41,397 bases of DNA, taken from NCBI GenBank assembly GCA_963767005.1, contig CAVYCN010000013.1, positions 1 through 41,397 of the forward strand, written 5' to 3'. This document shows, piece by piece, positions 19,116 through 28,512 of this stretch. The stretch's first letter is position 1; each line of letters begins with the position of its first letter. The stretch is from an uncultured Actinomycetes bacterium. Its GTDB lineage: Bacteria; Actinomycetota; Thermoleophilia; UBA2241. The position numbers and the translations under genes were made by a program. Under the pieces are notes generated by a model, which searched no databases, was not told the DNA's origin, and saw nothing but the letters and a program-made list of their open reading frames with translations.

Positions 19116-20360
19116 ATGCGCACGCTGAGCTGGGCAGATGTCGAGGACATCCTGCTGGGCGCGAGCATCTGCGGCTGCGGCGGCGGCGGCGAGCTCGACG
19201 AAGGCCGCGAGCTGCTGCATGCTGCCTACGTCGGCGGCCTGGCGGTGACGCTGGCGGCGCCCGACGAGCTCGCCGCCGACGTCCTCGTGGCCACGGTGTA
19301 TGGAGTCGGCGGCCTCGTCGTCGGGGCGCCCGAGGCCTACGCGGGCTACGAGCTCGTGTCTGAGCACCCCGGCACGCTGGCCGCCCGGGCGCTCGCCCGT
19401 CACCTCGGTCGGCCGCTCGGCGCGCTGCTCACCGGCGAGCTCGGCGGCACGAGCATCGCCGACGCCTTCGTGCCGGCCGCGCAGCTCGGCGTGCCGGTGG
19501 TCGACGCCGACCCGGTGGGTCGCGCCGTGCCCGAGATCGAGCACTCCCTGTTCAACGTGCACGGCCTGCCGATCGCGCCGCAGGCTGTGGTCAACGAGAT
19601 CGGCGACACGGTGATCGTGACCGAGCCGGTCGACGATCACCGCGCCGAGGCCCTGGTCCGGGCACTCGTCCTCGCCAGCCGCAACGTGGTGTGGGTGGCC
19701 GACCACGGCCTCGCGTGGGGCGAGCTGCGGCGCGCCACGATCGAGGGCGCCATCGGCGGCGCGCAGCGTCTGGGCGCGGCCTGCCGCGCGGCTCGCGCCG
19801 GCGCTGGCGACGTGATCGCCGCCGTGGCTGGGGCCGGCGGCGGCGCCGTGCTCGCGCGCGGGCGGGTCGAGGCCTGTGACTGGGAGGAGCGCGAGGGTTT
19901 CACCTGGGGTGAGACCACGCTTGCCTGCTCGGGAGCGCGCGCAGACGAGACCTGGCGCGTCTGGTTCAAGAACGAGAATCTGATGGCCTTTCGCGACGGC
20001 GAGCCCTGTGTCATGGCGCCCGACCTGATCACGCTGCTGCGGGCCGACGGTACGCCGGTCGGCAACCCCAACCTTCAGGTCGGCGACGAACTCGCCCTGG
20101 TGGCCTTGCCGGCGCCGGCGGCCTGGCGCGAACCGGCTGCCTACGCTGTGCTCGGGCCGCGTGCCCTGGGCTTCGACGTCGACTGCGGCGTCTTCGAGGA
20201 CCGGCTACGGGCGCGCCCGGCGCGGGGCGCTCGACGAGCTCGCGAAAGGCGGCGCTCGCGCCGCCGCGCAGCGGCCGGCCGTGGGCGAACAGTGCGGTGT
20301 CGAAGTCGAGTCGGGCGAGCTTGGCGAGGCTCGCGCCGCTGGCGACCATGTCCTCGTTGA
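19116..20360 (+). CDS. DUF917 family protein (thiohydantoin desulfurase-like)
   Basis: GASICGCGGGG, ELGG, VVDADPVGRAVPE, WFKNENL and APDLI motifs; AAGGAGG RBS; recognisable homology ends near 20200. Confidence 0.85.
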   Translation: MRTLSWADVEDILLGASICGCGGGGELDEGRELLHAAYVGGLAVTLAAPDELAADVLVATVYGVGGLVVGAPEAYAGYELVSEHPGTLAARALARHLGRPLGALLTGELGGTSIADAFVPAAQLGVPVVDADPVGRAVPEIEHSLFNVHGLPIAPQAVVNEIGDTVIVTEPVDDHRAEALVRALVLASRNVVWVADHGLAWGELRRATIEGAIGGAQRLGAACRAARAGAGDVIAAVAGAGGGAVLARGRVEACDWEEREGFTWGETTLACSGARADETWRVWFKNENLMAFRDGEPCVMAPDLITLLRADGTPVGNPNLQVGDELALVALPAPAAWREPAAYAVLGPRALGFDVDCGVFEDRLRARPARGARRARERRRSRRRAAAGRGRTVRCRSRVGRAWRGSRRWRPCPR

Positions 20361-20919
20361 GCGGGCTCAGCCCGACGTGGAGGGCCCTCGCCGCGGCGTC
20401 GCCGACGAACAGCACGCCGCCGGCGCGCGGCAGCAGCAGCGCGAGGTGGCCGGCCGTGTGACCTGGCGTGTGCACGGCGCGCAGCCCGTCGAAGGGCAGC
20501 TCGTCGCCGTCGCCGACCTCGTGGGCGACCGCCACCGGCTCGCCCTTGGCCACGGGCCTGAGATTCATCGCGCGGCGCACGACGTCGCGGGCGGCGCTGG
20601 GGGAGGGCCCGAACCGACGCCCGTAGATGCCCTGGCGCACGAGCGCCGCGTCGGCCGGGTGCATCCATACCTCGGCGTCGGTGCGTCGCGCCATCTCGGC
20701 CAGGCCGCCGACGTGGTCGGGGTGGGCGTGCGTGGCGATGATGGCCGTCACGTCCTGCGGCCGTCGGCCGGTCGCGTAGATCGCCTCGGTGATGCGCGGC
20801 GGGCTCCAGGACATGCCGGCGTCGACCAGCACGAGTCCGTCGTCGGCCTCGATCAGGAAGACGTTGACGCCGCGCAGGCCGACCTGCCAGACGCCGGCCG
20901 CGACGGGGCGCGCCTTCAT
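20029..20919 (-). CDS. Metallo-beta-lactamase fold hydrolase
   Basis: LVDAG, THAHPDHVG, HTPGHTAGH, GDA and HG motifs; ATGA overlap with upstream gene; C-terminal extension doubtful. Confidence 0.88.
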   Translation of the reverse strand: MKARPVAAGVWQVGLRGVNVFLIEADDGLVLVDAGMSWSPPRITEAIYATGRRPQDVTAIIATHAHPDHVGGLAEMARRTDAEVWMHPADAALVRQGIYGRRFGPSPSAARDVVRRAMNLRPVAKGEPVAVAHEVGDGDELPFDGLRAVHTPGHTAGHLALLLPRAGGVLFVGDAAARALHVGLSPLNEDMVASGASLAKLARLDFDTALFAHGRPLRGGASAAFRELVERPAPGAPVAGPRRRRSRRRSPGHAARAQRRQPVRARPPAPARPPGRVRRRPEGWGCRPAYRRPAAA

Positions 20920-21569
20920 CGGGTCGCCGCCTTGGCTGTGGCCTCGGCAAACTCGCGCACGGCCGATTCGGTCAGCGGGTGGGCCGCGAGGCCGGTGAGC
21001 ACGTCGAGCGGCGCCGTTATGTCGTGGGCGCCGTGCAGGATGGAGTCGACGACCTGCTGGCTGCTCTTCAGGCTGGCCGCCAGGATGCGCGTGTCGCTGT
21101 GCAGAGCGTTGAGCACGGCGGCCAGGGCGTCGAGCACGGCGTAGCCGCCGACGGCCAGGCGCGAGGCGCGGTCGACGTAGGGGATGATCCACTGGCAACC
21201 GACCTCGTCGGCCAGCAGGGCCTGGGCGGCCGTATAGACGGCGGTCAGGGCGCAGTGGCAGCCTTCGGCGCGCAGCACGGTCGCCGCCTTCAGCGCCTCG
21301 AGCGTGGCCGGCAGCTTGACGACGATGCGCTGCGGCGCGATGGCCACTACCGCACGCGCCTCGTCGGTCATCTCCGACGCGGTCGCGCCGGTCGGCTGGT
21401 AGCAGAGCGGGCCGCTCGGAAAGGTCGAGAGCAGGCGCTCGATGTGGGGCAGGGGGTCACTGGTCTCGCGCGCCATGAGCGCCGGGTTGGTCGTGATGCC
21501 ACCGACGAAGCCGAGGCCGGCAGCCGCCGCCGCGTCGGTGAGCGATGCCGAGTCGAGCAGGATGGTCAC
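20916..21569 (-). CDS. Transaldolase-family protein, fructose-6-phosphate aldolase-like
   Basis: LDSA, GITTNP, VVKLP (Schiff-base Lys), PYVDR, ILAAS; GGAAAGGA RBS. Confidence 0.88.
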   Translation of the reverse strand: MTILLDSASLTDAAAAAGLGFVGGITTNPALMARETSDPLPHIERLLSTFPSGPLCYQPTGATASEMTDEARAVVAIAPQRIVVKLPATLEALKAATVLRAEGCHCALTAVYTAAQALLADEVGCQWIIPYVDRASRLAVGGYAVLDALAAVLNALHSDTRILAASLKSSQQVVDSILHGAHDITAPLDVLTGLAAHPLTESAVREFAEATAKAATR

Positions 21570-21674
21570 TGGTGTTCCTTTCCGGGTCTTGCGCGTACGC
21601 CGTCCGCGCCGGGCCTGCCGGCTCCGGGCGGCCCAACACTGCCACCATCGCGGCGCCGCTTCAAGCTCGGACCG

Positions 21675-22049
21675 TCAGGCCGCCCGCCTTGTCAGCTCCT
21701 GCACCGACCACTGGTTGCCGTCGGGGTCGCTGAAGAACACGAAGCGGCCCCAGTCGAACGTCTGGACCTCGCTCACCTCGAGGCCCCGCGCGGCGAGCTC
21801 CGCGCGTGCGGCGTCGGCGTCGGGCACGACCATCTGCAGGCCCTTGACCGAGCCGGGCTGGGCGTCGGTCAATCCCTGGCCGATGGCGATCGAGCAGGCC
21901 GAGCCGGGTGGCGTGAGCTGCACGAAGCGCAGCGTGTCGCTCACGCGCTGGTCGTGGTCGGCGTGAAAGCCGGCCTTCTCGGTGTAGAAGTCCTTGGCGC
22001 GGTCGACGTCGGAGACGGGCAGGATCACGAGCTCGAGCTTCCAGTCCAT
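21675..22049 (-). CDS. VOC/glyoxalase family protein
   Basis: PVSDVDRAKDFY, QLTPPGSACSI, FSDPDGNQW. Confidence 0.92.
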   Translation of the reverse strand: MDWKLELVILPVSDVDRAKDFYTEKAGFHADHDQRVSDTLRFVQLTPPGSACSIAIGQGLTDAQPGSVKGLQMVVPDADAARAELAARGLEVSEVQTFDWGRFVFFSDPDGNQWSVQELTRRAA

Positions 22050-22222
22050 CAGTCACCTTCCCTCGGGTCGCTTGACGCCGGCGCCGGTGCCGGCGTGCCG
22101 GCATGTTCCCGGCAAGAAGGGAGCGGATAACCGCTGAGACGGGATGAGGATGGCCACTGAGACCACACGCTAACAGTGGCCGGGGCGGGGAGTGGACGAC
22201 CGCTAGCGACGCGGCCGGCGCG

Positions 22223-22993
22223 TCAGACGCGCTTGCGGCCGGCGCTCTCGCCGCGCGCCGGCGCCGAGCGGGCGGGAGCCCGCCCGCGTCGGCGCGCGGC
22301 GCCCCCGCGCCGGCCGCCGACGCGCAGCAGGTCGCGGATGGCGTCGACGATCGCTGGGCGCAGCTCGTCGGCCGGCGTGTTGATGAAGGCCTCGCCGGCG
22401 GCGAAGCCGAGGACGCCCATCGCCAGGCCGACGGCGCCCGCCATGCGCACGCGGTCGGCCAGCGGCACCGACTCGTCGGTCAGGACGGCGTTCGTGCGGA
22501 CGTGCATGGCCTCGTGGACCGATTCGAAGTCGGTCTCGCGGATGAGCTTCTCGGCCATATCGCGAACGGCGTTCTGGTTGTGCTCGAAGAGCTCGAACAT
22601 GCGGCGGCGTGGCAGCACCCAGTCGACGAGGGTCGTCAGGCTGTCGGCCCACTGTTCGAGGGACGGCTTCTGCTGTAGCAGGCCCATGACCTCGTTCTGC
22701 AGGTCGAGGATCGGCTGCAGGAGCGTCTGGAAGATCTCTTCCTTGCTCGTGAAGTGGTAGTAGAGCGCCGCCTTGGTGACGCCGACCCGTTCGGCGATCT
22801 CGCGCAGCGAGGTCTTGTCGTAGCCGAGCTCGATGAAGAGATCGGTCGCCACGTCCAGGATCTGCTCGCGCGTGTCGCGCGGCCGGCGGCGCTCCCGGGG
22901 CAGACGCTCGCGCGGCTCCCGCGGCTCACGCGGCCGGCGTTCGCGCGCGGGCCGTTCGCGCGCGGGCTGCGCGTCGCGCTCGCTCGCGCCCAT
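22223..22993 (-). CDS. TetR-family transcriptional regulator
   Basis: GYDKTSLREIAERVGVTKAALYYHFTSKEEI helix-turn-helix. Confidence 0.93.
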   Translation of the reverse strand: MGASERDAQPARERPARERRPREPREPRERLPRERRRPRDTREQILDVATDLFIELGYDKTSLREIAERVGVTKAALYYHFTSKEEIFQTLLQPILDLQNEVMGLLQQKPSLEQWADSLTTLVDWVLPRRRMFELFEHNQNAVRDMAEKLIRETDFESVHEAMHVRTNAVLTDESVPLADRVRMAGAVGLAMGVLGFAAGEAFINTPADELRPAIVDAIRDLLRVGGRRGGAARRRGRAPARSAPARGESAGRKRV

Positions 22994-23137
22994 CGGTCTG
23001 CCTTCTCTCTGTCCGTCCACCTTCGCCTGCCATGCCCTGGAGCGGAGCGCGGCGGCTCCCTCGACGCCGGCCCGCGATCGCCGCCGCCGTCGCCACTCTA
23101 CGTCGAAAGCCCCACTGTGGCCACGACGACAACTCTC

Positions 23138-23166
23138 TTGACACTTACCGGCCGGTAGGTTAATTT
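23138..23166 (+). promoter_or_regulatory. Sigma70 promoter of the ABC exporter operon
   Basis: TTGACA (23138-23143)-N17-TAATTT (23161-23166). Confidence 0.8.
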
Positions 23167-23184
23167 ACTTACCGACCGGTAGGT
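23143..23184. promoter_or_regulatory. Two near-palindromic operators, probably bound by the divergent TetR
   Basis: ACTTACCGGCCGGTAGGT (23143-23160) and ACTTACCGACCGGTAGGT (23167-23184) flank the -10. Confidence 0.8.
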
Positions 23185-23245
23185 GACACCGACAGTGTAC
23201 CCCGCCGGCGCTGGATCGACAACACACGATCGAAGGCAGAGGCGT

Positions 23246-24271
23246 ATGAGCGACGATCTGATGATAGAGGCGAGGGGGCTCTCGAAGCGCTACGGCGACA
23301 CGCAGGCGCTCGATAGGGTCGACCTCGAGGTGGCGGCCGGCTCCATTCTGGGCGTGCTCGGCCCGAACGGCGCCGGCAAGACGACCGGCGTGCGTATCCT
23401 GACTACCCTGACCCAGCCCGACGCCGGCCAGGCCCGCGTGGCCGGCCACGATGTCGTGCACGAGGCCGCCGCCGTGCGCCGCAGGATCGGCGTGACCGGC
23501 CAGGACGCCACGCTCGACGAGGCGCTCAGCGGTCGCCAGAACCTGGTGATGATCGGCGAGCTCAGCCGTCTGGGGCGGAGCGCCGCCAAGCGCCGCGCCG
23601 CCGAGCTGCTCGAGACCTTCGAGCTCGCCGACGCCGCCGACCGCGTGGTGCGCGGCTACTCGGGTGGCATGCGGCGCCGCCTCGACCTGGCGGCGAGCCT
23701 CGTCATGCGGCCGCCGGTGCTGTTCCTGGACGAGCCGACCACCGGTCTCGACCCCAACAGCCGGCAGCGCATGTGGAACCTCATCCGGGGCCTGGTCGCC
23801 GACGGCGTGACGCTGTGGCTGACCACCCAGTACCTGGACGAGGCCGACGCCCTGGCCGACCGCATCGCCGTGATCGACCACGGTCACGTGATCGCCGAGG
23901 GCACTCCCGCGGAGCTCAAGGCGGCCACCGGTTCGCAGCTCCTCGAGGTGACCCTGACGACGCCCCAGCCGCAGGCGGCGGCGGCCGTCGGCGCCTTCGC
24001 CGTGGGCAAGGTCATCGTCACCGACGACGGCCGCCGCCTGCGCTCGGCGGTGCCCAGCGAGGCCGGTCTTGCGACCGCCGTGCTGCGCGCCCTCGACGCG
24101 GCCGGCATCGCCGTCGACGACATCGCCGTCCACAAGCCCTCGCTCGACGACGTCTTCGCCACGCTCACCGGCGCGGCGCCGGCGTTGAACGGCAACGGCG
24201 CCGCACTCTCGATCGACGGCGACGTCGCGGCGTCGCAGAACACCGCTACCCAGGAAGGAGCCCCGGCATGA
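23246..24271 (+). CDS. ABC exporter ATPase (DrrA-like)
   Basis: GPNGAGKTT, YSGGMRRRLDLA, LFLDEPTTGLDP, TTQYLDEAD. Confidence 0.93.
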   Translation: MSDDLMIEARGLSKRYGDTQALDRVDLEVAAGSILGVLGPNGAGKTTGVRILTTLTQPDAGQARVAGHDVVHEAAAVRRRIGVTGQDATLDEALSGRQNLVMIGELSRLGRSAAKRRAAELLETFELADAADRVVRGYSGGMRRRLDLAASLVMRPPVLFLDEPTTGLDPNSRQRMWNLIRGLVADGVTLWLTTQYLDEADALADRIAVIDHGHVIAEGTPAELKAATGSQLLEVTLTTPQPQAAAAVGAFAVGKVIVTDDGRRLRSAVPSEAGLATAVLRALDAAGIAVDDIAVHKPSLDDVFATLTGAAPALNGNGAALSIDGDVAASQNTATQEGAPA

Positions 24272-25116
24272 GCGTCATCGCCGCGACCCCCGCCGGCCTC
24301 GCACCGCACGGCTTCGGCCGCGTGCGCGCCTGGCTGTCCGACGTGTGGGTCATGACCCGCCGCAACCTCATCCACATCCGGCGCGAGCCCATGCAGCTCT
24401 CCGACGTGACCATCCAGCCGGTGCTGTTCACGCTGCTGTTCCTCTACCTGTTCGGCAGCGCCCTGGTGATGCGCAGCGGCGGCAACTACAAGGAATTCCT
24501 GATGGCCGGGCTGCTCACGATGAACCTGACGACCTCGACCGTGGGCACGGCGATCGGCCTCTCGATGGACATGAGCACCGGCGTCATCGACCGCCTGCGC
24601 ACCCTGCCCATGTCGCCGACGTCGATCCTCGTCGGCCGCTCGATCTCCGACCTGCTGGCCGCGGCGCTCTGCGCCACCATCGTGATGGTCACCGGGTTCG
24701 TCGCCGGCTGGCGTCCGGAGCACGCCTTCGTGAGCGTGCTCGCCGCCGTGGGCATCGGCCTGCTGTTCAGCTACGCGCTGAGCTGGATGAACGCCTGTCT
24801 GGGCCTCGCCGTCTCCGGCGTCGAGTCGGCCCAGGGCGTCGTCTTCATCGTCGTGTTCCCGCTGGCCTTCGTGTCGAACGCCTTCGCGCCGACGCAGGGC
24901 CTGCCGGTGTGGCTGCGCACGGTCGCCACCTGGAACCCGGTGAGCGCGGTCACGGCCGCGCTGCGCACGCTGTTCGGCAACCCCAACCCGTCGGCCGCCG
25001 TGCAGGCCTGGCCCATGCAGCACCCGGTGTGGGCGGCCATCCTGTGGTCGCTCGCCCTGCTCGCGGTCTGCGTGCCGCTGGCCGGGCGCCTGTACCGGCG
25101 CCGCACGCAACACTAG
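24268..25116 (+). CDS. ABC-2 type permease (DrrB-like)
   Basis: IQPVLFTLLF, GVIDRLRTLP, WNPVS; ATGA coupling. Confidence 0.92.
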   Translation: MSVIAATPAGLAPHGFGRVRAWLSDVWVMTRRNLIHIRREPMQLSDVTIQPVLFTLLFLYLFGSALVMRSGGNYKEFLMAGLLTMNLTTSTVGTAIGLSMDMSTGVIDRLRTLPMSPTSILVGRSISDLLAAALCATIVMVTGFVAGWRPEHAFVSVLAAVGIGLLFSYALSWMNACLGLAVSGVESAQGVVFIVVFPLAFVSNAFAPTQGLPVWLRTVATWNPVSAVTAALRTLFGNPNPSAAVQAWPMQHPVWAAILWSLALLAVCVPLAGRLYRRRTQH

Positions 25117-25416
25117 GGTCACGCGCCCGCCCCACGATTCTCAGGAAATGCTCACCTGATCCTCATCGTCCGCTCAAGATGACCGGGCAGACTGTCATCG
25201 GCACCTCATAGGGACGTTCCCCCCGACGCCCCCCTGCCACAGGTCCCTCCGACCCGGGGACCGCCTGCAAGGGCCCGCCGCCACGCGATCAAGGCGCGTC
25301 GCGGCGGGCCCGCCCCCCTTCTGGCGCGATCGCCGCCGGCGCCCGGCCGCTCACGTTCTTCCGCGCCGCGGCGCCGCGCCCCGGCGCCGCGCCTCGTCAT
25401 CGCGCCGGCGGTTCGC

Positions 25417-27423
25417 TCAGCCTTTGAGGTGACGGTCGAACCACTCGAGCACGACCTCGAAGCGCTGCACGCGGTGGCGCGGGTTGCCCGAGCGGGTGAG
25501 CTCGTGCGACTCGGCCGGAAAGCGCACCATCTCGACGGGGCGCTTGAGCAGGCGCAGCGTCACGAAGAGCTGCTCGCCCTGCTCGACGGGGCAGCGCAGG
25601 TCGTTCTCGGAGTGCAGGATCAGCAGCGGTGTCGTGATGTTCTCGGCGTAGGTGAGCGGCGAGACCCTGAGCCAGGTGGCGACGTCCTGATACAGGAAGC
25701 TGCCGAGGTAGCCGCCCATGTCCCAGCCGGCGTCGCTCGAGCCCCACATCGACACGAAGCTGTTGACGGCGCGCTCGGACACCGCCGCCTTGAAGCGGTC
25801 GCTGTGACCCACGATCCACGAGGTCATGTAGCCGCCGTAGGAGCCGCCGATCACGCCGAGGCGCTCGGGGTCGACGAAGTCGAAGCGCGCGACCGCCGCG
25901 TCGACGACCGCCAGGCAGTCCTCGTAGTCGATGCTGCCCCAGCCGGGGCCGAGCTCGCCGGGGCCGCGGATGGCGCGGCCCCACTCCTCGGAGTAGCCCG
26001 ACGAGCCGCGCGGGTTGCAGTAGAGCACGGCGTAGCCGGCGCCGGCCTCGACCTGGAACTCGTCGAAGAGCTTGTTGCCGTACTGCGTGAACGGACCGCC
26101 GTGGATGTTGAGCAGCGTCGGGTAGCGCACGCCCGGCTCGGCGCCGGCGGGCTTCATGATCCAGGCCTCGACCTCGGTGCCGTCGGCCGAGACGGCGGTG
26201 AAGCGCTCGGGGGCGACGAGCTCGACGCGGGCGGCGAGCTCGTCGCCGACGTGGGTGAGCCGGCAGGGCACGCGGCGCGCCGGCGCGTTGGGATGGGCGG
26301 CGGCCGTGAGCGTGACAGCGTCGGCGGGGCCGGACAGCACCCAGACCTCGGACGCCATCGTCGGTTCGGTCGCGCTGAACGCAAGCTGCCCGGCGACCAC
26401 GTCGTAGCCGCTCACCTCGCGCTCGCCGCCCACCACGAGCTGGGGCGCCGTGGCGCCGTCGGCCGGCGCGCGGTAGAGGTGCACGTTGCCCTGGTCCTCG
26501 ACCAGAAAGACGACCCCGTCGCCGTCCCACAGCGGCTCGCGCGGGTTGGGGTAGGTGCCGCAGTTGCGGTCGAGGTCGGCGCTGACCAGGGTGATCGCGC
26601 CGGTCACGGCGTCGACCACGCCGACCTGGGTGTGGCGCGGGTCGTCGAACACGCCCGGGTAGCGCAGCACGGCGAGCCGGTCGCCGGCGGGGGACCACGC
26701 CGGCAGCTCGACCTGGCCGCCGCCCAGGGTGAGGCGCCGGGGCTCGCCGCCGCGGGCGTCGACGAGGTAGAGGTCGGTGACCGGTTCGACGTCCCAGTCG
26801 GGGTGGCGGGCCGAAACGAAGGCGATCGTGCGGCCGTCGGGCGACCAGGCCGGGCCCGAGTCCTGCGCCTCGCCGAAGGTGAGCTGGCGCGGCGCCGCCG
26901 AGCCGTCGGCCGGCACGGTGAACAGGTGGGCCGGCCGGTCGGCGATCCAGCCGACGTGCTCGAGCTTGTACTGCAGGCGGGTGAGGCGCCGCGGCAGGCG
27001 GGCCTTGTCGTCGTCTTCGTCGTAGGCCGCGTCGCGCACCCGCGAGACGAAGACGATCGTCGCGCCATCGGGCGACCAGGCGGCCTGACTGACGTCCTCG
27101 GGCAGGTCGGTCAGGCGCAGCGGCTCGCCGCCGTCGAGGGGCATGACGTAGAGCTGCATCGTGTCACCGGCGCGGTTCGAAGTGAAGGCCAGGTGCTTGC
27201 CGTCGGGCGACGGGCGCGGGTCGCGATCGCGGCGCGTGCCGGCGGTGAGCCGGCGCGGCGGCGACGCCCCGTCGAGGCGCGCCAGCCAGATCGCGTCGCG
27301 GTACTCGTTGGCCTCACCGTCGAGGGCGGTGACCACGTAGGCGACCGTGGCGCCGTCTGGCGAGACGCGCGGGTCGCTCGCGGCGGTGAGCGAAAGAACG
27401 TCGTGCGGAAGCATGCCGGGCAT
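25417..27423 (-). CDS. S9 family peptidase (acylaminoacyl/dipeptidyl peptidase) with beta-propeller
   Basis: WSPDG repeats, IHGGP, GGSYGG, ENDLRC, ESHEL catalytic triad. Confidence 0.95.
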   Translation of the reverse strand: MPGMLPHDVLSLTAASDPRVSPDGATVAYVVTALDGEANEYRDAIWLARLDGASPPRRLTAGTRRDRDPRPSPDGKHLAFTSNRAGDTMQLYVMPLDGGEPLRLTDLPEDVSQAAWSPDGATIVFVSRVRDAAYDEDDDKARLPRRLTRLQYKLEHVGWIADRPAHLFTVPADGSAAPRQLTFGEAQDSGPAWSPDGRTIAFVSARHPDWDVEPVTDLYLVDARGGEPRRLTLGGGQVELPAWSPAGDRLAVLRYPGVFDDPRHTQVGVVDAVTGAITLVSADLDRNCGTYPNPREPLWDGDGVVFLVEDQGNVHLYRAPADGATAPQLVVGGEREVSGYDVVAGQLAFSATEPTMASEVWVLSGPADAVTLTAAAHPNAPARRVPCRLTHVGDELAARVELVAPERFTAVSADGTEVEAWIMKPAGAEPGVRYPTLLNIHGGPFTQYGNKLFDEFQVEAGAGYAVLYCNPRGSSGYSEEWGRAIRGPGELGPGWGSIDYEDCLAVVDAAVARFDFVDPERLGVIGGSYGGYMTSWIVGHSDRFKAAVSERAVNSFVSMWGSSDAGWDMGGYLGSFLYQDVATWLRVSPLTYAENITTPLLILHSENDLRCPVEQGEQLFVTLRLLKRPVEMVRFPAESHELTRSGNPRHRVQRFEVVLEWFDRHLKG

Positions 27424-27620
27424 GTGTGACCTCGGTGTTCGTGTCTCCCGAGCCCGCGCCGGGGCTCGGCTCGTCGACGGCGCCCCGCCTGCGGGGGACG
27501 CTTGCATACCCGGTAAGCCTACCCTTTTGGCGGCGCCCGCCGTTGTGCTCGGGCGTCGCCCCGGGCGGCCGGTCGGGGAAGCGCCGAGGACCTCGACGTC
27601 TGCGAAGTTCGCGGTCCGCG

Positions 27621-28019
27621 CTAGTCGCGGCGGCGGGGCGGATGCATCCGCCGCCGTTCCTCGCGCCGCTCATCCTCCTGGCGCACGCGCGCCTCGACGA
27701 TGCGGCGGATGAGGTCGAGCGGCAGCGGCTCGTCGAGCGGGAACTGCACCGCGCCCTTCGAGCTCTTGTAGGCGGCGAGCTCGGCGGCGAAGGCGGCGAC
27801 GCCGGCTGCCGTGGGGTAGAGGCCGAGGTGGCTCTTGAAGGCGGCGAAGTGCACGAGGTGTCGGCCGTGCAGGTCGAAGGTCGGGATCGCGTAGCTGATC
27901 GTCTCGACCGCGCCGGGCGCCGCCGCGGCGATCACCGCCCGGACCTCGCGCAGCAGCTCCTGCGTCGCGGGCGTGAAGCCGGCGACGTACTCGTCGATCG
28001 ATCCGGCCGCCTCTCTCAC
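27621..28019 (-). CDS. DUF1801 (YdhG-like) protein
   Basis: SIDEY, ETISYAIPTF, HFAAFKSHLGLYP, KGAVQFPLDEPLP. Confidence 0.88.
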   Translation of the reverse strand: MREAAGSIDEYVAGFTPATQELLREVRAVIAAAAPGAVETISYAIPTFDLHGRHLVHFAAFKSHLGLYPTAAGVAAFAAELAAYKSSKGAVQFPLDEPLPLDLIRRIVEARVRQEDERREERRRMHPPRRRD

Positions 28020-28261
28020 GTGGCGCTGCGCCTCATGGGCGCGGGCCCAGGTCACCGAGCCACAGCGGCGCGAGCAGCACAACGGCCGCGAGTGCCGCCG
28101 CCGTCCACAGGATGAACCGTCGCTTCGTCATGGCGCCCCTCGTCTGCGAGGTCGTCCGGACACGTGACGCCGCTCGAGGCTACCCCCTTCGCCGTCGCCT
28201 GTCACCGTCCCCTGCGGTGGCGCGTGGCGTCAGCCGCGGCCCATGTCAGTCGGAGCCCAGG

Positions 28262-28471
28262 TCAGCCGGAGGCCCGCTCGCAGCGCGGCAGGGCGCCCTT
28301 GCGCGCGTGGTAGGCGACACAGAGCTCGCAGCTACCGTGCAGCGAGCAGTGCTTGGGACAGGGGCAGTCGGCGTAGCCGCGTGCGACGGGTGTGGCCGGC
28401 GTGCCGGCCGGCACGAGGCCGAGGTTCGCGCGAGCGATCTCGCGTCGCTTGTCGGGCCGATCTCTGCTCAC
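28262..28471 (-). CDS. Small Cys/His-rich metal-binding protein (DUF6485-like)
   Basis: CPCPKHCSLHGSCELCVAYH..LPRC motif. Confidence 0.7.
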   Translation of the reverse strand: MSRDRPDKRREIARANLGLVPAGTPATPVARGYADCPCPKHCSLHGSCELCVAYHARKGALPRCERASG

Positions 28472-28512
28472 CCCGCGGATTCAGACGGCTCGGGGTCCGT
28501 CCGTCAAGGGCG

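Noticed and set aside
23143-23184. Direct repeats as a mini-CRISPR or att site
   Set aside because: Only two copies with a 6-bp gap, overlapping a promoter; no cas or integrase gene; an operator explains them
25117-25416. 300-bp gap between convergent genes as a possible sRNA
   Set aside because: No convincing promoter, terminator or known RNA motif identified
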